A stretch of 64,000 bases of DNA from the NCBI GenBank assembly GCA_041940205.1, contig JBGTSP010000001.1, positions 245 through 64,244 on the forward strand, in the 5' to 3' direction. The notes below the pieces were generated by a model. The model made no database searches, had not been told where the DNA came from, and was given only the letters and a program-made list of their open reading frames with translations. Of the stretch, positions 17,248-26,265 are shown piece after piece. Every line of letters begins with the position of its first letter. The stretch's first letter is position 1. This stretch comes from Alphaproteobacteria bacterium. GTDB lineage: Bacteria > Pseudomonadota > Alphaproteobacteria > GCA-2731375. Made by a program: the position numbers and the translations under genes.

Positions 17248-18491
17248 AACACCTGCTCTGCCTGCTGGGCCTGCACGACTGGCGGCTGATTCCTCACGGG
17301 CATCCGGGCGAATGCCTGTTCCTGTGCCCCCGATGTGGCGAGGCAGTGCGATTGTCACCGCCGCTCGACACGGCGATCGACGCGTCGATGGCGGCCGTAC
17401 TGCCGGCGCCGGCGCCCGCGCGTCGCCGGCCGCGGCTGAGCGTGGCGGTCGAACGGTCGGGACTGCGGCCGGCGGTAACCGCGGCGATGCCGGATGCGAA
17501 GAGGGCGCGGGCGATCGCGGGTGTGGAAGATTTCGCGCAGGCATTTGGCGGGCCGGCTCGCGCGCCGGTGCGCGGGCGCGACGAAGATTCGCGGGCGGCG
17601 TCGTCCGGAGGGACAGGACCCTCTCCGGATGCGTCCGCGGAGGCGGCCGTATCCGGGACACCGCGTCCTTCCGACACGGATCCGGTCGCCTCGGACATGC
17701 CGCCGGAGCGGGATAGGCCGCTGCCGCCAAAGCGCGCGGCGCTGCTGCGGTTGCTGATCGAGGCGCGGGGGCCGGATGGTATCTGTCGGGCGACCAACCG
17801 CGAACTCGGCAATGCGCTCGGCTGCTCAAACGGCGGTGTTGTTAAGCCTCTGGCCAAGCTGGAAACCGACGGCTGGATCGCGCGGACAGGCTCGACGAAG
17901 GCGCGGGAGATCCGCGTACTGTACAGCCCGCAAGCCCAAGTGCCGGCATCGCCGCCTGCGGCAGAACCGGAGCCGGAACCCGCGATCGCCGGGAGTGATG
18001 ACGAGGACCCACACCCGGTCCCGCTGTCACCGATGCTAGAGAACCTGCTGAACGAGATCATCTCGTTGACGGACGAGTCAGGGACGGCCCGTCCGACGAA
18101 TGCTGCGCTTGCCTCGGCTTTGGAGATGGAAGCCAACGCCGTGTCGGCGCGTTTGAAAATTCTCGACGACCGGGGCTATGTGGGTCGATCGCACGATGGC
18201 GAAGGCCGCGCGATCCATGTTCTCAGGTGGCCTGACGGTGAGCCGTTCGTGGCCGACGCCGAAGACCAGGACGATGAAGCGGAAGACGTCGTCGCGGAAC
18301 CCGAGCCGGAAGACGAGACGGACGGTGCCGAGGAGCTTCAGGCGCCTTCGAAGGTACGCGATCGGAACTGCCTGACCTGTGGAAAGGTCTTTCGATCGGA
18401 AGGACCGCACAACCGCATGTGCGGATCGTGTCGCCACAAGTCCGAAGACTCCGCCGGCGATCCCCATGTTCTGCACGGTGGGCGGCGATGA
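17244..18491 (+). CDS. Hypothetical DNA-binding protein: N-terminal Cys4 cluster, two winged-helix-like modules, C-terminal zinc ribbon (candidate replication initiator/regulator)
   Basis: CLFLCPRCGEAV; repeats LLRLLIEARGPDGICRATNRELGNALGCSNGGVVKPLAKLETDGWI and LLNEIISLTDESGTARPTNAALASALEMEANAVSARLKILDDRGYV; CLTCGKVF...CGSCRHK. Confidence 0.5.
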   Translation: MKHLLCLLGLHDWRLIPHGHPGECLFLCPRCGEAVRLSPPLDTAIDASMAAVLPAPAPARRRPRLSVAVERSGLRPAVTAAMPDAKRARAIAGVEDFAQAFGGPARAPVRGRDEDSRAASSGGTGPSPDASAEAAVSGTPRPSDTDPVASDMPPERDRPLPPKRAALLRLLIEARGPDGICRATNRELGNALGCSNGGVVKPLAKLETDGWIARTGSTKAREIRVLYSPQAQVPASPPAAEPEPEPAIAGSDDEDPHPVPLSPMLENLLNEIISLTDESGTARPTNAALASALEMEANAVSARLKILDDRGYVGRSHDGEGRAIHVLRWPDGEPFVADAEDQDDEAEDVVAEPEPEDETDGAEELQAPSKVRDRNCLTCGKVFRSEGPHNRMCGSCRHKSEDSAGDPHVLHGGRR

Positions 18492-19162
18492 CCCGGCAGA
18501 CCCGATCGGGCCGCGGCCAGCCCAGCGAGCCGGGCAGGGGCGGCCGTCCGAAATCCGATTTCTACGCGACGGACCCGGCGTACAGCAGCGCGCTGTTCGA
18601 GGCGCTCGCCTGGCGAAACCGGTTGCCGAAGAGCCTGTGGGAACCGGCCTGCGGCGACGGTGCGCTCGCCCGGGTGGCGGAGGCCTATGGCGTGACTGTG
18701 ATCGCCAGCAACCTGTACGGCCAGGGCTACGGCGAGGTCGGCGTCGATTTCTTGAAAGTCGAGAGCCTGGCCTGGCGATCGACGACGATCATCACCAATC
18801 CGCCCTGGTCGGGCCGGCGGGACAAGAACTTGCCGCTGCGCTTCCTGGAGCATGCCCAGCGGCTGGGGGCGAAGGAGATCTGGCTGCTGCTGCCGCTGGG
18901 CTGGATTGCCAGCGACTTCCGGCGGGAGCGGGTGTTCCCGGGCCTGGCCGATGTCTGGATCGTCAACAGCCGCGCGCCGATGTGGCCCTATGGCGTGGCG
19001 CCGCCGGATGCGCGGCCGAACCCGACGATGACGGAAGACTGCGCCTGGTTCGGCTGGCACGCAGGCGCGCGGTTCAGCGGGCCGCGGCTGGCTCTGATCG
19101 ATCCCGCGCCGGCCTATCAGGGTCGCGCCGGCGAACGGCGTTCGTCGGTAGAGGGGGCGTGA
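18488..19162 (+). CDS. Orphan N6-adenine DNA methyltransferase
   Basis: SAM motif I EPACGDG and catalytic motif IV NPPW; no adjacent restriction enzyme. Confidence 0.7.
   Translation: MTRQTRSGRGQPSEPGRGGRPKSDFYATDPAYSSALFEALAWRNRLPKSLWEPACGDGALARVAEAYGVTVIASNLYGQGYGEVGVDFLKVESLAWRSTTIITNPPWSGRRDKNLPLRFLEHAQRLGAKEIWLLLPLGWIASDFRRERVFPGLADVWIVNSRAPMWPYGVAPPDARPNPTMTEDCAWFGWHAGARFSGPRLALIDPAPAYQGRAGERRSSVEGA
19129..19149. repeat. GC palindrome family copy 4 ccgGCGAACGGCGTTCGtcgg
   Basis: Near-perfect 21-bp palindrome inside MTase 3' end, about 15 bp before stop. Confidence 0.6.
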
Positions 19163-19365
19163 TGAGCGGGTCGGACGAAACCACCTGGCGCCCATGTCCT
19201 GGTTCTCCAACCTCGTTCGTCGAGGTTGAGCTTCTGCCGGCCGCGACGGCGCCATGGCGCGCGACACCCGAACCGATTGAGATCGTGACGGTCGATCTCG
19301 GCAGCCAGGGCCTGGTCGCGGTGAAGGTGCTTCACAGCCTTCCCCGAACGGAGCGTGCTCGATGA
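19162..19365 (+). CDS. Hypothetical small phage protein
   Basis: 68 aa; start overlaps MTase stop (TGATG). Confidence 0.3.
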   Translation: MSGSDETTWRPCPGSPTSFVEVELLPAATAPWRATPEPIEIVTVDLGSQGLVAVKVLHSLPRTERAR

Positions 19366-19367
19366 CG

Positions 19368-19802
19368 TCAGGCGGCCTCGAATGTCGGCACCAGGCGCCG
19401 ACCCAGAACGGCGAGCGCGTCCTCGAGGCTGCCGATCTTGGTGGCGTGCCGCGGATCCAGCATGCGCCGAACCAGGGCCTCGTCGATCTCGAGACGTGCG
19501 GCAAGCGCGACCTTGGACAGGCCGTCCTCGCGCATCGCTTCGTAGAGCGCCGCCTTGGCCGCGATCGTGGCGCCCGGCGAGACCGTCGGGCGGCCGTCCG
19601 CCGGCGAAGGATGGGGGATGTCCTGCCGGTCGGCGATGCGGCCGGCCAGCACCTCGGCCAGGCAATCGGCTGCCATGGCAAGCGCATGGGCTTCGTCGTC
19701 GCCACAGGTCACGCCTTCCGGCAGGTCCGGGAAGGTGACGGTGAAGCCGCCGTCATCGGGCTCCGGATGGAGGGTGACGGGATAGGTGAAGGTGCGGGTC
19801 AT
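19368..19802 (-). CDS. hicB: HicB-family antitoxin
   Basis: N-terminal RNase-H-like HicB fold (TFTYPVTLHPEPDDGGFTVTFPDLPEGVTCGDDEAHAL) plus C-terminal DNA-binding region (LSKVALAARLEIDEALVRRML). Confidence 0.8.
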   Translation of the reverse strand: MTRTFTYPVTLHPEPDDGGFTVTFPDLPEGVTCGDDEAHALAMAADCLAEVLAGRIADRQDIPHPSPADGRPTVSPGATIAAKAALYEAMREDGLSKVALAARLEIDEALVRRMLDPRHATKIGSLEDALAVLGRRLVPTFEAA

Positions 19803-19820
19803 GGTCTGGTCCTTCCGGGT

Positions 19821-20027
19821 CTAGAGGTCCGCGTCGTCAAGGCCAAGCTGGGCGAGGATCGCTTTCAGCGTACCGGTCTTCAGCTGGCCGGACGGCACGG
19901 TGGCCTTGCGGTCGTTCCATGTGAACGTCTCGTGCGAGCCCTTGCCCTGCTTCGTGGAGACGGAGAAGTCCGCCCCGGTCTTTCGGGCGATCTTGCGAAG
20001 GCGGCGCTTGAGCTGTTCCCTGTTCAT
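19821..20027 (-). CDS. hicA: HicA-family mRNA interferase toxin
   Basis: 68 aa; HicA core GADFSVSTKQGKGSHETFTW...TVPSGQLKTGTLKAILAQLGL; immediately upstream of hicB. Confidence 0.8.
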   Translation of the reverse strand: MNREQLKRRLRKIARKTGADFSVSTKQGKGSHETFTWNDRKATVPSGQLKTGTLKAILAQLGLDDADL

Positions 20028-20102
20028 GCATTCTATATCGGACGTTTTTGTCCGATTTCAAGGGACGGATCGGATTTTTTTATCCGATTTTTCGATCCCT
20101 GC

Positions 20103-20119
20103 GGCGAACGGCGTTCGCC
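20103..20119. repeat. GC palindrome family copy 5 GGCGAACGGCGTTCGCC
   Basis: Perfect 17-bp palindrome 12 bp upstream of CHC2 primase start. Confidence 0.6.
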
Positions 20120-20131
20120 GGCGGGGGCGCG

Positions 20132-21148
20132 ATGAACCGGATTCCCGTTGGCGTGATCGACCAGGCGCGTGCCGTCGACCTTGCGGCTCTCGTGAGCGAG
20201 CGCGTGGCCCTGAAACAGCGCGGCCGGGAATATTCCGGCCTCTGCCCGTTCCACGAGGAGCGAACGCCCAGCTTCACGGTGCGTCCTGACAAGGGCTTCT
20301 GGCACTGTTTCGGCTGCGGCGCGCATGGCGGGGCGATCGACTGGGTGATGCACTGGGAAGGCTTGTCCTTCCCGCAGGCGGTCGAGCGGCTGTCAGGCTG
20401 GCGTCCTGATCCGAACCGGCCCGTGCGGAAGGAGCGGGCCCGGCCGGTGCGCGATCGGGATCGCGAGAACCGGATGATCGCCCTCGCGCGGGAATTCGTG
20501 CGCGCCGCACGGCCGCTGCGATCGGGCGATCCGGTCTGGCTCTATCTGCAGGACCGGGGGCTCGACCCCGAACGGTCCGGAGCATCGGTGGCGCTGCGGC
20601 ACCTGCCGGTGATGAAGATCTACGATGGCGGCCGGGACACCGGTCGCCGGGCGCCGGCGATGATCGGACCGGTGCGGAATGGACAGAGCGGGCGGATCGT
20701 CGCCGTGCACGTCACCTTCCTGGCGCTCGAGGCCGGTCGGTGGGTCAAGGCCGGACCGGCGCGGGCGCCCTCGCCGCGGATCATCCTGGGCCCGAAGGCG
20801 GGGGGCGCGGTGCGCCTGGGCCCGCCGCTGAGCCGGATCGACTATGCCGAAGGTCTGGAAACCGCGCTGTCGATCGTCCAGGCCCATGGCGGGCCGGACC
20901 GGATCTCGCTGTGGGCCTGTCTGACGGCCGAGAACCTGATGAAACAACCCGTGCAGCCGGGGCAGCGCGAAAGCCGGTTCTGGATGGACCTGGACCGCCC
21001 GCAGGACCGCCTCGGCGGGATCGGCGCCGGCGAGTATCACGCGTGCCGCGCGGCCGAGGCGCATGCGGCGGAAGGCCTTGCCGCCTCGCTCTGCCGGCCG
21101 CCGCGGCGCGGCGACTTCAACGACGTACTGCAGGGGTCGGCGGCATGA
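20132..21148 (+). CDS. DNA primase, CHC2 zinc-finger type
   Basis: CPFHEERTPSF...WHCFGCGAHGGAIDWV zinc finger; start trimmed to MNRIPV from ORF 20048..21148. Confidence 0.8.
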   Translation: MNRIPVGVIDQARAVDLAALVSERVALKQRGREYSGLCPFHEERTPSFTVRPDKGFWHCFGCGAHGGAIDWVMHWEGLSFPQAVERLSGWRPDPNRPVRKERARPVRDRDRENRMIALAREFVRAARPLRSGDPVWLYLQDRGLDPERSGASVALRHLPVMKIYDGGRDTGRRAPAMIGPVRNGQSGRIVAVHVTFLALEAGRWVKAGPARAPSPRIILGPKAGGAVRLGPPLSRIDYAEGLETALSIVQAHGGPDRISLWACLTAENLMKQPVQPGQRESRFWMDLDRPQDRLGGIGAGEYHACRAAEAHAAEGLAASLCRPPRRGDFNDVLQGSAA

Positions 21149-22629
21149 GCGGAGAAGACGATATCCGCGCGGCCGGCGAGACGGGGACACCGATTGCCGC
21201 GCCCGAACCGCTGCCCGAGGACCTGGCGCAGCTGTCCCGCAACGATCTGGGTAATGCCGAGCGGCTGATCCAGCGGCGGGGGCGGGATCTGCTGCACAAC
21301 CACTCGCTGGGCTGGATCGTCTGGGACGGCCGCCGGTGGCAGATGGATTCCTCCGCCAAGGCCTTCTCTCCGGCGGCGCGACTGGTTGCGCACGACGTGG
21401 CCGAGAGAATCGGCGAGGAAGTCCAGCACGTCGACGAGAATCAGAGGCGGGCGCATGCCAAGTGGGCGCTCGACAGCGGCAACAATGGCCGGCTGAACAA
21501 CATGCTCGAGTGCGCCGCGCCGCGGCTGCAGGTGAAGCCGGACGAGCTCGACGTCTCGCCGGATCTGCTCAATGTCGAAAACGGTACCCTCGAGCTCGGC
21601 CTGGATGCCGACGATCGGGCCACGGTGCGCCTGGCGCCGCATGCTCGGGCTGACCGGATCACCCACGTCGCGCCCGTGCGATACGATCCCGATGCGCCGC
21701 GGCCGGAGCGGTTCTGGTCGTTCTACCAGGAGATCCTGCCCGACCACGAGATCGGCCTGTTCGTGCAGCGGTGGCTCGGCTACTGCCTGACCGGCCATGC
21801 CAGCGAGCAGAAGATCGCCTGCTTCTGGGGTGGCGGCGCCAACGGGAAGTCGACACTGCTGTCGATCGTGCGACGGCTGATGGGCGATTACACCCGGACG
21901 CTGGAGTTCAGCTCTCTTGCCGCCAACGATCGCCGGAACGGCAGCCAGCCGACCCCGGACCTGGCGCGCCTGCTGAACGCGCGGATCGTCACGGCCGCGG
22001 AGCCGGACAAGAACACGAAGCTCTCCGAGAGCATGATCAAGTCGCAGACCGGCGGCGAGCCGATCCTGGTGCGGCCGCTCTTCCTGGCACCGTTCGAGTT
22101 CGTGCCGACCTACAAGCTGATCCTCAGTTTCAACAACAAGCCGGAGATCCGGGCCCAGGATCACGGCACCTGGCGGCGCGTGCTGCTGGTGCCGTTCACC
22201 CAGACGATTCCCGAACACAAGCGCATCGAGGACCTCGACCTGCAGCTGGTGGCCGAGGAAGGGCCGGGAATCCTCAACTGGTTGCTGGAGGGGTGGCAGC
22301 TCTGGCGCGACTTTGGCCTCGATCCACCCGAGGCGGTGCGCGCAGCAACAGCCGAGTATCAGCGGGAGAGCGATCCCCTGGCCGACTGGATCGGCGATCG
22401 CCTGGTCGCTCGGCCCGGCGCCAACGCGCCGGCGAAGCAGCTGCGCGACGACTACGTCAACTGGGCCGGTGAGAACGGCCAGGAGCCGATCAACGCGACC
22501 CGGTGGGGCAAGCTGATGGCGGAGCGCTATCGCAAGTACCGCTCGAACGGGGTGAAGTACGAGGGCGTGGCGATCGCCGGCCTGTCGGCCGAGGGCGAGG
22601 CCCTGGCCCCCCGCGGCCCCCCGGTCTGA
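21145..22629 (+). CDS. Phage/plasmid primase P4-family C-terminal domain, D5-type NTPase/helicase
   Basis: Walker A FWGGGANGKST, Walker B-like region, P4 alpha/D5 architecture; ATGA overlap with CHC2 primase. Confidence 0.8.
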   Translation: MSGEDDIRAAGETGTPIAAPEPLPEDLAQLSRNDLGNAERLIQRRGRDLLHNHSLGWIVWDGRRWQMDSSAKAFSPAARLVAHDVAERIGEEVQHVDENQRRAHAKWALDSGNNGRLNNMLECAAPRLQVKPDELDVSPDLLNVENGTLELGLDADDRATVRLAPHARADRITHVAPVRYDPDAPRPERFWSFYQEILPDHEIGLFVQRWLGYCLTGHASEQKIACFWGGGANGKSTLLSIVRRLMGDYTRTLEFSSLAANDRRNGSQPTPDLARLLNARIVTAAEPDKNTKLSESMIKSQTGGEPILVRPLFLAPFEFVPTYKLILSFNNKPEIRAQDHGTWRRVLLVPFTQTIPEHKRIEDLDLQLVAEEGPGILNWLLEGWQLWRDFGLDPPEAVRAATAEYQRESDPLADWIGDRLVARPGANAPAKQLRDDYVNWAGENGQEPINATRWGKLMAERYRKYRSNGVKYEGVAIAGLSAEGEALAPRGPPV

Positions 22630-22639
22630 AGGCCTTCAG

Positions 22640-22800
22640 GGAAGAAGTCGTCCAACCCGTCCGCAACCCGTCCGTCTGGAATGGCAGAAATCTGCCGATC
22701 CGGACCAGTCCGGACCAGTTGGAACAGTTTTCGCCATACCTCACACATGCGCAGGCGGGTGTGTGAGTAACACAACAACTAGTCCAACTAGTCCAAGTGG
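22640..22800. repeat. Low-GC intergenic region with three short tandem duplications and an inverted repeat (candidate ori iterons / late promoter)
   Basis: caacccgtccg x2, ccggaccagt x2, caactagtcc x2 (approx), cacacaTGCGCAGGCGGGtgtgtg hairpin. Confidence 0.5.
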
Positions 22801-22809
22801 TCAGAACCC

Positions 22810-23448
22810 ATGAGATATCAGAGCCTTAAGCCCGGACCAGTCGCCTCCTCGGCCGTCCGTCAGGCGTCCGCCGATACCAGGCGGCCGATCGATATCGAGG
22901 ACCTGCTGATCTGGACCTATGCGGACCAGCGCGTCGCTGCATGCACGGCCTACGGGCTGTCACCGTCGATCACCAGCACGGCCGTGATCGAGCGCGTCGG
23001 CACCCTGGGCTGTCGTGTCGACGGTGGGGGAGCAGGCAGCGGCAAGGCGCATCCCGATGCGGTCACGATCGACTGCGCCCTGATGGCGACCGCCGCGCGC
23101 GGGCTGCTGATCCACTATGCCTGCCTCCGGGGGCGTCCGGACATTCTCCAGTGCCGGGTGATCCCGGACCGCTGTCCGCGAAGCGGCCGGGTGGGCAGGC
23201 TCTATGACGACAGTCGCCACTGGATCGGTTGTCATGTGCGCCTGACCGCGGCGCCGGAAGCTGTCGAGAGGTCGAAGCAGATCTATACCGACTGGTGGAC
23301 AGGACTTCGCTCGGCCCGCCTTCTGCTGGCCGATTCGCGTCTACGCGACTTCATGATTACCGGCCCCCGGGCATCTCGCACGCCATGGAGCCGGCCGGTA
23401 TCCCGCGTTTTGCCTACGCTTCAGGCCGATCAGATCATCGACGCTTGA
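22810..23448 (+). CDS. Hypothetical phage protein (position of late regulator / packaging accessory)
   Basis: 212-aa ORF after low-GC gap, upstream of terminase; no recognisable domain. Confidence 0.45.
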   Translation: MRYQSLKPGPVASSAVRQASADTRRPIDIEDLLIWTYADQRVAACTAYGLSPSITSTAVIERVGTLGCRVDGGGAGSGKAHPDAVTIDCALMATAARGLLIHYACLRGRPDILQCRVIPDRCPRSGRVGRLYDDSRHWIGCHVRLTAAPEAVERSKQIYTDWWTGLRSARLLLADSRLRDFMITGPRASRTPWSRPVSRVLPTLQADQIIDA

Positions 23449-23709
23449 CCGTTTGCGAAACGCTGCCTACGAATCTGCTACTGCTCACGCGAGGTGCGCC
23501 CGGACCGAGAAATCGGCCCGGGCGCTTTCGTTTGGACATGTGCACCACAGACCCCGGCGGCTGCTGTTCGTCAGTCGCCGGGGGCCAAGGCAAACGGGCC
23601 AACGGGTCCTTCCACGACCCTCGCGCGCGATACGGTGCGGTAGCGCGGCGCGTGCGTGTCACCCCGGGATTTTTCCCCCGCGGGATTGTTGTCATGAATG
23701 GGAATCGGA

Positions 23710-24271
23710 GATGTCGCGCGTCGTCAACATGACGGAGCTTTCGGAAGTCGTGGGCCTGAGCCCCAACACGCTCAGCGCGATTTTCCGGAAGCACGACGAC
23801 GCCCCGATCATTCAGCGGGGATCGAACGGGGTTCCCTACGAGATCGATCTCGACGCCTTCAGCACCTGGCTGCAGGCGAACCGGGAACGGGTCGACCAGG
23901 CCGAGGACGAGCGGCGCGAGCAGCTCTCGATGTGGGCGAAGGAATTCGCCGGCGCCGAGGAGGGTGAAGCGGCGGGCATGAAACCGGCTGAACGCCGGGC
24001 CCTCGCCGAGGCCGTTCGCGCCGAGGACTATGTCCGGCAGAAGCGCGGCCAGCTGGTCGATCGCGCCGCCCTGGAAGCCGACCTGCAGATGGCGATCATC
24101 GAGCTGCGCACCCAGCTGCTGCAGATGCCGGTGCAGCTGGCAAAGCGGTACGACCTGTCGCGGGAAGCGCGGCTGGAGCTGGAGCGGATGATCGCAGACC
24201 AGCTCAACGGCCTGGCGGACCGCCTTGGCACGGCCGGGTTCTACTCGGACGGCAATGCAGCCGCAGCCTGA
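23710..24271 (+). CDS. Terminase small subunit, lambda Nu1-like (N-terminal HTH)
   Basis: GGAG RBS; N-terminus MSRVVNMTELSEVVGLSPNTLSAIFRKHD...GSNGVPYEIDLDAFSTWL parallels Nu1; directly upstream of TerL. Confidence 0.6.
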
Positions 24272-26264
24272 ACCGGCTCCGTTCTATCCTGCCGCGGCGG
24301 TCGTGGCGGATGCGTTCGCTCTGCTCGAGGTGCCCGAGCGACTGAGCGTCAGCGAGGCGGCGGAGCGATACCGTGTCCTGGAGAACCGCGGCGGCGGCGT
24401 CTCCGGGCCCTGGACGTTCGACCTGCTGCCGTTCCTGCGGCGGCCGATGGACTGTCTTGGACCGGACAACAGCTACGCCACGGTGGCGGTGATCGGACCT
24501 GCCCAGACGGGCAAGTCGTCAATCGGCGACAACTGGCTGCTCTACTCGGCGATTTGCGATCCGGCGGACATGCTGATGCTGGGGCCGGACAAGGCGATCA
24601 TGCGGGACTACTCGGTCTCGCAGATCGACCGCATGGTGAGATCGTGCCCGGAGCTGCGCCGCCGTCTGCGGCCGGTGCCGAGCGCGGACAACATCTTCTC
24701 GAAGCTGTTCCAGGGGATGGCGTTCTTCATCGCCTGGCCGGTGGCGAGCCAGTTGCGGGCGCGACCGGTACCGCGGTGCCGGATCGATGATTACGACGCG
24801 GTGCCAGAGGACATCGATGGCGAGGGCAACGCCCTGGTGCTGATGTCCGGCCGACAGACGACGTTCGAGGGATTCGAGAAGACCTACGTGAACTCCTCGC
24901 CGGCGCTTGGCGCCGACCGGGGGATCGAGGCTGTCGTGGCCTCGGGCACGGACGAGCGATGGACGGTGCGCTGCCTGCAGTGCGATCACCCGTTCGCGCT
25001 CGACTGGGATCACGTGAGTTACCACGCAACCGGGACGCCGGAAGAGGCTGCCGAGAGCGTGTGCGTGGTCTGCCCGGACTGCGGTCACCCGCATGCACCG
25101 GGCGACAAGCGGAAGCTGATGGCCCGTGGCGCCTATGTCGGCGCCGGCCAGGAGATGCAGCCGGACGGCAGGATCGTCGGGGAACTTCGTCGCACGTCGA
25201 TCGCGTCGTTCCGCTGGGACGGCCTTATCGGTCTCGCAAGCTGGGGTCGCCTGGCCGAGCTGGCGCGTCGGGCCGAGCAGACGTTCGAGGCGACGCAGGA
25301 CGAGGACGAGCTGCGGGCCTTCATGACCGCGCGAGTCGGCCGGAACTTCGTCTCCCGCCTGGCGGGGGCGAAGCCGGTCACGTCGGATGCCCTGGTCGCC
25401 CGCGCCGAGGCGGGCGGTCATGTTCCGGGTGAGGTGCCGGATTGGGCGATCTGCCTGACGGCGGCCGTCGACGTCCAGGCCAACCGGTTCGAGGTCATGG
25501 TCATGGCCTGGGGACCGGGCCTGGAAGCGGCAATCGTCGATCGGTTTCCGATCCTGGCCCTCGAGGACGGAACGGAAGCGATGGATCCCGCCGGCCGGGT
25601 CGAGCACTGGGCGGTGCTGCTGCCCAAGGTGATGCTGAGGCGCTACCCGGTGGCCGGTCAGCCGCACCGGTCGCTCGCGATCGTCAACACGGCGATCGAC
25701 ACTGGCGGACTGGAAGGCGTGACCGACAACGCCTTCAGCTTCTGGCACACGGTCTATGGCAGCCGAGGGCGCGCCGGCCTGACCTCGCTGACGCTGGTGA
25801 AGGGCGGCAGCAATCCGAGGGGCCGGATGCTGCCGCCGCCGACCGTCGACACGAAGCGGCGACTGAAGGGGCATCCGGACCCCGAGCTGTTCGTGCCGAA
25901 CGTGAACCGGGTGAAGGACATGTTGAACGGCCGTCTCCACCGCGAGGAGCCGGGCCCGCTGTTCCTTCACCTGCCGCGGGGCATGGAGCCCACGCATATC
26001 GCGGAACTGACGGCCGAGCAGAAGGTGAACGGGCTCTGGGTCCGCAAACCGGGCGAGGCCAACGAGACATGGGATCTGTGGGTCTACAACGCCGTGGCGC
26101 TGATGCGCCATGGCGCGTCCGACCCGACTCTGAACTGGGTGCCTGACTGGGCCCGGCCGCAAGACAAGCCGGCCGGCGAACCGCGTTCGCCGGAAATCGA
26201 GGTCAAACAGGTGCGCGCGGGGCCGCGGCGGAAGCTGCGGACACGGGTGCGAGGGAGACGCTGA
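24255..26264 (+). CDS. Terminase large subunit, lambda gpA family
   Basis: 669 aa; gpA-family layout with ATPase Walker A GPAQTGKS and C-terminal nuclease; start trimmed to MQPQPE. Confidence 0.9.
   Translation: MQPQPEPAPFYPAAAVVADAFALLEVPERLSVSEAAERYRVLENRGGGVSGPWTFDLLPFLRRPMDCLGPDNSYATVAVIGPAQTGKSSIGDNWLLYSAICDPADMLMLGPDKAIMRDYSVSQIDRMVRSCPELRRRLRPVPSADNIFSKLFQGMAFFIAWPVASQLRARPVPRCRIDDYDAVPEDIDGEGNALVLMSGRQTTFEGFEKTYVNSSPALGADRGIEAVVASGTDERWTVRCLQCDHPFALDWDHVSYHATGTPEEAAESVCVVCPDCGHPHAPGDKRKLMARGAYVGAGQEMQPDGRIVGELRRTSIASFRWDGLIGLASWGRLAELARRAEQTFEATQDEDELRAFMTARVGRNFVSRLAGAKPVTSDALVARAEAGGHVPGEVPDWAICLTAAVDVQANRFEVMVMAWGPGLEAAIVDRFPILALEDGTEAMDPAGRVEHWAVLLPKVMLRRYPVAGQPHRSLAIVNTAIDTGGLEGVTDNAFSFWHTVYGSRGRAGLTSLTLVKGGSNPRGRMLPPPTVDTKRRLKGHPDPELFVPNVNRVKDMLNGRLHREEPGPLFLHLPRGMEPTHIAELTAEQKVNGLWVRKPGEANETWDLWVYNAVALMRHGASDPTLNWVPDWARPQDKPAGEPRSPEIEVKQVRAGPRRKLRTRVRGRR
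26174..26194. repeat. GC palindrome family copy 6, variant ccGGCGAACcgcGTTCGCCgg
   Basis: 9-bp arms around CGC; in TerL 3' end about 70 bp before stop. Confidence 0.55.
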
Positions 26265-26265
26265 C

